DNA of 20,806 nucleotides, from NCBI GenBank assembly GCA_046582655.1, contig JAYGDX010000066.1:1-20806 (forward strand), given 5' to 3'. Shown here one piece after another: positions 16,659 to 20,806 of the stretch. The first letter of the stretch is position 1. Every line of letters starts with the position of its first letter. The stretch comes from Candidatus Poribacteria bacterium. Its GTDB lineage: Bacteria > Poribacteria > WGA-4E > UBA9662. A program made the position numbers and the translations under genes. The notes below the pieces were generated by a model. That model did no database searches and was not told where the DNA came from. It saw only the letters and a list, made by a program, of their open reading frames with translations.

Positions 16659-16687
16659 ATTTTACAAAAATCTTTGTTCTTTTTCAA
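16659..16687 (-). promoter_or_regulatory. sigma70-type promoter for the molybdopterin-subunit gene
   Basis: Minus strand TTGAAA (16687-16682), 17-nt spacer, TAAAAT (16664-16659), about 70 bp upstream of the ATG. Confidence 0.55.
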
Positions 16688-16761
16688 CAACATTCCGACT
16701 TTATTGATTATTCGAATGGTTTCCGCTTAAATTAAGCATATTAAGTATGCCGAAGGAATCT

Positions 16762-17145
16762 CTATTTTTGATGCTCAAAGTCTATTTTTCCGCTAGGTCT
16801 GTTACTGTCATCCTCAATCCTGATAACGTCGTCTACTTCGGGCGTGGATACCTCAAGCATCTCTAAATCCGTTTTGGCTAAAATTCTATGCTGGGTTTCC
16901 GGATGTATGGTGAAATAATCACCTTCAGACATGTCAAACCACTCATCACCGATCAGTACTTTAGCTTCACCTTTTCTAATAAATAGTGTTTCAACTTTAT
17001 GTTGGTGATATTGTAGGCTTGTTCTATGTCCGGAATTTATATTAATTATCTTGTAGCAGTAGTGCTGATTGAGTTCTAACCACTCTTCCGAACCCCAAGG
17101 TTTCTTGATGCTTTTTGTTGGACTGCCAGAGATACCAAATTTCAT
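16762..17145 (-). CDS. Cupin domain protein (mannose-6-phosphate isomerase type II C-terminal-like)
   Basis: KPWGSEEW, RTSLQYHQHKVET, HRI, EVSTPEVDDVIRIEDD. ATG at 17145 (MKFG...) preferred over TTG at 17202. Confidence 0.85.
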   Translation of the reverse strand: MKFGISGSPTKSIKKPWGSEEWLELNQHYCYKIININSGHRTSLQYHQHKVETLFIRKGEAKVLIGDEWFDMSEGDYFTIHPETQHRILAKTDLEMLEVSTPEVDDVIRIEDDSNRPSGKIDFEHQK

Positions 17146-17291
17146 GTTTCCAATTCCATTACAAATTTGATTATGAATAGCAAGAAAAAGTAGTGATTGC
17201 AATTTATAGTATAGATCAAAGATATGGATGAATTGAAGTTAAATTTTGCCAAGTTCAGATTTAAAACTATTTCTGTAATTTCCTGATGCTT

Positions 17292-18095
17292 TCATCTTTG
17301 GTAAAGCACTGGATTCATCTCACTGTCGGCTGAGTCTCCCTCCCTCTTGCCGCCGAGAAAATTCTGAGCATCATAGAAACGACTGGGGTTGCATAATTCA
17401 TCGACCATGGTGCCGTCAGGATAATAGGTTACAATCATGGCTTCACGCATGGTCTCCGTCTTATTGGCTGTAGCACCATGCATGGTCCATCCATTGTGAA
17501 ATGTGGCATCTCCTGCACGCATGGATCCTTGCCAGCAAAGATATCGCTTCTCCTCAATAAATTGTTGAAAGAAATCTTGCGATGAATCCGAGATGGCGTA
17601 CTGTCCCATAAACCCGTTGAGGTGTGATCCTGTAGCGAATTGAATTGGCCCCATTTCAATAGGGGTATCTACCAGTGGCATCCACATTCCCATCGCATTG
17701 TCTGTTGCGAGTGGCCAGTAATATTGATCTTGGTGCCAAGCTGTTATCCCACCGTTGGGTTCTTTAAATAGGGCCTGCTCATGGTAAATTCGCACGGCAT
17801 CAACTCCCATTAGGTCGGCTGCGATTTTAGCAAAACGTTTGGCCAAGACGAATTGTGACACTTCCTGACTATGATAGCGAAGATTTAGCGTCTGCAAGAA
17901 AGCGCGATTGGGAACATCACCTGTCTCTCTTTCAGGGAACCGAGAGTAGGCTGTTTCGGCAATGGCACGACGGTAGGCAATTACTTCCTTCGCCGAGCAT
18001 ACAGCTGATAAACAGATGTGGCCATCTTGACGATAAGCTTCAACTTGCGATTTTGTTAACGGGTATTCGGAGGATAGATCTGGCAGTTTGTCCAT
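17292..18095 (-). CDS. Phytanoyl-CoA dioxygenase (PhyH) family Fe(II)/2OG enzyme
   Basis: YRQDGHI, LFKEP, TAWHQD (HxD), GSH, AGDATFHNGWTMHGA (distal His), R for 2OG binding. Confidence 0.9.
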   Translation of the reverse strand: MDKLPDLSSEYPLTKSQVEAYRQDGHICLSAVCSAKEVIAYRRAIAETAYSRFPERETGDVPNRAFLQTLNLRYHSQEVSQFVLAKRFAKIAADLMGVDAVRIYHEQALFKEPNGGITAWHQDQYYWPLATDNAMGMWMPLVDTPIEMGPIQFATGSHLNGFMGQYAISDSSQDFFQQFIEEKRYLCWQGSMRAGDATFHNGWTMHGATANKTETMREAMIVTYYPDGTMVDELCNPSRFYDAQNFLGGKREGDSADSEMNPVLYQR

Positions 18096-18115
18096 GTTTT
18101 TTTACCTTATCATAC

Positions 18116-19036
18116 TTAATAAAGCCTTCGAAAATCTGCACCGACCACGTTGTTAATTACGTGCCGATTACGAAATAGTGTCTGGCGCATCGGCGGCATC
18201 TTTTCCTGCAACCTTGAATCCGGCTTGAGAGGTTCGGCGAAACCGCTGTCTACTGGATTATACAGACCGTGCAGGGCAATCCGATCGTTGTCCACATTGG
18301 TCCATGGATGTGCGCTGTGAGTTACCGCTTCGGCAAAGATCAATAGTGATCCCGCCGGGCATTGGTAAGTAGTCCAGACGGTCGAATTGGGATCTTGGAT
18401 CTCATCCGGAGCGGCGTACACCGCTTTATGGCTGCCGGTTACTAGCATGGTGCCGCCTTGATGAAACTTGACTGGATTTAACTCCCAAACAACGCGTGTA
18501 TGTGGACTATGACTTTTGCCAGGGAAAGCCTGATAGTAATGAACATCACCGGGCAAACGAAACAATCCATTCCCATTATGTGGGTTAAAGGATCGATTTT
18601 CTCTCTTTCCCAGATTGCGGCGGCTTGACGCTGTTCGATACCATAGGCCACAAGCACCCAAGCTGAATCCATAACATTCCTGACTGGAGAGCGATGGGTT
18701 GGCCATGAATTCGTTTAACATCCCAATAACAATCGGGTGATCAAAAAGTTTCTGTGTTGGACCAGCCAGCGGTGTTCGTTCATATTCTGGTAACGATTCC
18801 GGCTCGAAATGGAGTCTCTGACAGAACTGGCGCATCTCTTCTAACTTGGAATCAGCTAACACCTCAGGTAAAAGGATCCAACCATTTCTGTCGAAATTGT
18901 ATTTGTGTTCTGCTGAAGGGGGAATTATTGGTAGCCCATCAGCATTATGTTGAGGAAGTTCATGATCATAGTTTTGTAGTGGTTGCCCTAAATTTTTGTT
19001 GATAAGGTAAGACCGTGAATTGTCTTTTGTGGCCAT
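18116..19036 (-). CDS. PhyH-family Fe(II)/2OG enzyme with non-canonical HxG motif
   Basis: KYNFDRNGWILL, GGTMLVTGSHK, PAGSLLIFAEAVTHSAHPW, DRIAL; first metal motif appears to be PHNG (H153-x-G155). Confidence 0.82.
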   Translation of the reverse strand: MATKDNSRSYLINKNLGQPLQNYDHELPQHNADGLPIIPPSAEHKYNFDRNGWILLPEVLADSKLEEMRQFCQRLHFEPESLPEYERTPLAGPTQKLFDHPIVIGMLNEFMANPSLSSQECYGFSLGACGLWYRTASSRRNLGKRENRSFNPHNGNGLFRLPGDVHYYQAFPGKSHSPHTRVVWELNPVKFHQGGTMLVTGSHKAVYAAPDEIQDPNSTVWTTYQCPAGSLLIFAEAVTHSAHPWTNVDNDRIALHGLYNPVDSGFAEPLKPDSRLQEKMPPMRQTLFRNRHVINNVVGADFRRLY

Positions 19037-19134
19037 TTTTTCCTGTACGCTTGTCCTCAGAATGCCAAATACGGTATCCGATTAAATTATATTTTATTTC
19101 TGCCAAGATAGTAGCGAAAAAGAGAGACGGAAGG

Positions 19135-19935
19135 TCACTCGATCGGGTTATAACGGCACAAGTGCTGTGCCCTTTCTGACATTAAATCAACGGCTGCTTG
19201 CGGAATCGAGGCTAGATGAGTCAAATGTTGTGGGAAACGGTGTAACTGCCGAAAGTAGACAATCGAAGTCATGGTACGGACGGTCTGTGTCCGATTGGGT
19301 GTACCGCGATGCCACACACGCATATCGCGGACAACTAATGATCCCGCTGGCATATTGATTCGAGCAGATGGCATGCTTTTGGCCCGCTCTTCCAGTTGGC
19401 CTGACTGACTGGCGTCCGAATCGATGTCAGTGATCAAATGGGTTCCGGGCCAAACCTGGGTACTGCCGTTACTTTCATTAAAGTCAATCAGGGGAATATG
19501 AAGAATTATCATAGTCGGCGGTAGTGCATAAGGCAGTTCAGGAAATAGATGCTGTGTATCACGATGAATATGCTGCATACCAGCCCCTGGAAAAGTAGTA
19601 TTGGTATGATAGGGCAATAAAGTCCAGATATCTTTTCCCATTGCCTCCTCTATGATCTGTAATCCTAGAGAATTCTCAATCACCAATGGGTGCATGAATG
19701 GCATTCCGTACAGTGCATGACAGCCGCCGCGCCGGTTCCAATTACTGTCCTTTTGCTGATTTTCCATATTTGGCATTAAGAGTTGATTGAAAGCGGTTTG
19801 AAGTTCTTCCACCAAATTCCTTGGTAAAACCGATTCGAGTATTACATAACCGGACTCACGCAGAAGACGTAGCGCGATTGCCAGATTGGAATCGGTGAGT
19901 TCACCTATTTGACATTCTTCCTCTGAAATCTTCAT
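19135..19935 (-). CDS. PhyH-family Fe(II)/2OG dioxygenase
   Basis: LRESGYVIL, QHIHRD (HxD), NGSTQVWPGTH, PAGSLVVRDMRVWHRGTPN, R. Confidence 0.9.
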   Translation of the reverse strand: MKISEEECQIGELTDSNLAIALRLLRESGYVILESVLPRNLVEELQTAFNQLLMPNMENQQKDSNWNRRGGCHALYGMPFMHPLVIENSLGLQIIEEAMGKDIWTLLPYHTNTTFPGAGMQHIHRDTQHLFPELPYALPPTMIILHIPLIDFNESNGSTQVWPGTHLITDIDSDASQSGQLEERAKSMPSARINMPAGSLVVRDMRVWHRGTPNRTQTVRTMTSIVYFRQLHRFPQHLTHLASIPQAAVDLMSERAQHLCRYNPIE

Positions 19936-20047
19936 TCTCTAAATGTTTTTGCACAGTTCGTTTTAAAATTAGGAAAATTCAGAGCAATTATTGAACTGAA
20001 AACTGATAAAATCCAATCTATTTCCCTTCAAATCCCAATCAAGTTGT

Positions 20048-20806
20048 TCATTGCAAATATTTTGTTTTTAACCTAGCCCAAGCTGTGTGAAGTTTTGACC
20101 GCGGGCGAATAGCCATAATATCCTTCATTCCAACTTGGACTTCCTGAATTTCATCCTGAGAGAGCCCACGGTTAAAGACGGCAAAATCGTCTGTATCTCC
20201 GTTGTAATATCGGTCCATGCCTAATGGCTCTTCTACTCCCAAAAATAAAGGTGCATCTAGGGGAACCAGCTTATCTTTTTTCTTCGGATAATCGATCAAC
20301 ACTTCACCATTTAAATAAGTTGTCCACCACTTTCCGGATTGATATGATACAGCTACATGTTGCCACACGTTTTTCTTAACGTCCAGTGGACTCTTGTCTG
20401 GAACTGCACGTCCTCCGGTGAGTTTCCAGCCCATCCAGATGAATCCTGTTGGATGAAGAAGGATTTCAAAAAATTCGTGAACATCACGTCCTTTGGCCGC
20501 GATCAATTGCCAGGTGCCAGGACCTGCTTTCAGAGTCGGACGTATCCAGGCAGTAATGGTGATCCCGTCGACGAATTCAAAATCCTTTGAGTGTTCGACA
20601 CGGACGACCCCATTTTTTCCGCCAAATTTAACCGCTTTGCCGAAATTTCCTCCTGTCCAGTTGGTATCTCCTTCTAGTTTCCCATGATTGTTATTTCCAG
20701 ATAGATCGTTTACAGTTTTTCCTGATCCTTCCTCAAAGTTGAAGTAGAGAACAAGAGATTCTTTGATTTGAGCATGACTAATTTCCAGTACTATAAAAGT
20801 AAAAGT
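20048..20806 (-). CDS. LamG-like jellyroll (concanavalin A-like) secreted protein, 5' partial
   Basis: Frame is open to the window edge: ...SHA-QIKESLVLYFNFEEGSGKTVNDLSGNNNHGKL...GNFGKAVKF...ITITAWIRP...WQHVAVSY...YNGDTDDFAVFNRGLSQDEI. It is longer than the 152-aa ORF in the supplied track. Confidence 0.9.
   Translation of the reverse strand, partial: TFTFIVLEISHAQIKESLVLYFNFEEGSGKTVNDLSGNNNHGKLEGDTNWTGGNFGKAVKFGGKNGVVRVEHSKDFEFVDGITITAWIRPTLKAGPGTWQLIAAKGRDVHEFFEILLHPTGFIWMGWKLTGGRAVPDKSPLDVKKNVWQHVAVSYQSGKWWTTYLNGEVLIDYPKKKDKLVPLDAPLFLGVEEPLGMDRYYNGDTDDFAVFNRGLSQDEIQEVQVGMKDIMAIRPRSKLHTAWARLKTKYLQ

Noticed and set aside
16591..16760. Moco riboswitch upstream of the molybdoenzyme
   Set aside because: The inferred leader is only ~60 nt and lacks the GCCUCCC...GGAAAGG core of the Moco RNA motif.
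19978..20000. Imperfect hairpin TTCAG..CTGAA followed by T4 on the minus strand as the LamG terminator
   Set aside because: AT-rich interrupted stem, too weak to call.

Overview
Gene-dense, fairly AT-rich bacterial chromosomal window. By inference it is most likely Candidatus Poribacteria or a relative, given a DUF6785/6784-type membrane protein, three tandem PhyH dioxygenases and a LamG protein with a KLxTxWxxLK tail. The left half (1-9400, + strand) is one closely packed run: large membrane protein, PorV/PorQ-like beta-barrel, small hypothetical, ArsC, a signal-peptide-bearing YidD-like protein coupled to two paralogous TPR/membrane proteins, a Gfo/Idh/MocA oxidoreductase, a class-III aminotransferase and a SAM methyltransferase. 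The right half (9397-20806, - strand) carries LamG (partial), three PhyH-family Fe/2OG enzymes, a cupin, an orphan xanthine-oxidase-family molybdopterin subunit, and a rho-rpmE-dnaJ-prmA-purS cluster. The 650-bp gap upstream of rho holds a 122-bp MITE (15-bp perfect TIRs, AAT target duplication), a sigma70 promoter overlapped by a palindrome, a ~320-nt rho leader and a cluster of hairpins. Best leads: the YidD-TPR-TPR module, a PhyH enzyme with a halogenase-like HxG motif, the MITE, and a Rho with unusual substitutions at functional positions. No rRNA, tRNA or CRISPR array was seen. All family calls come from motif recognition, not database searches.
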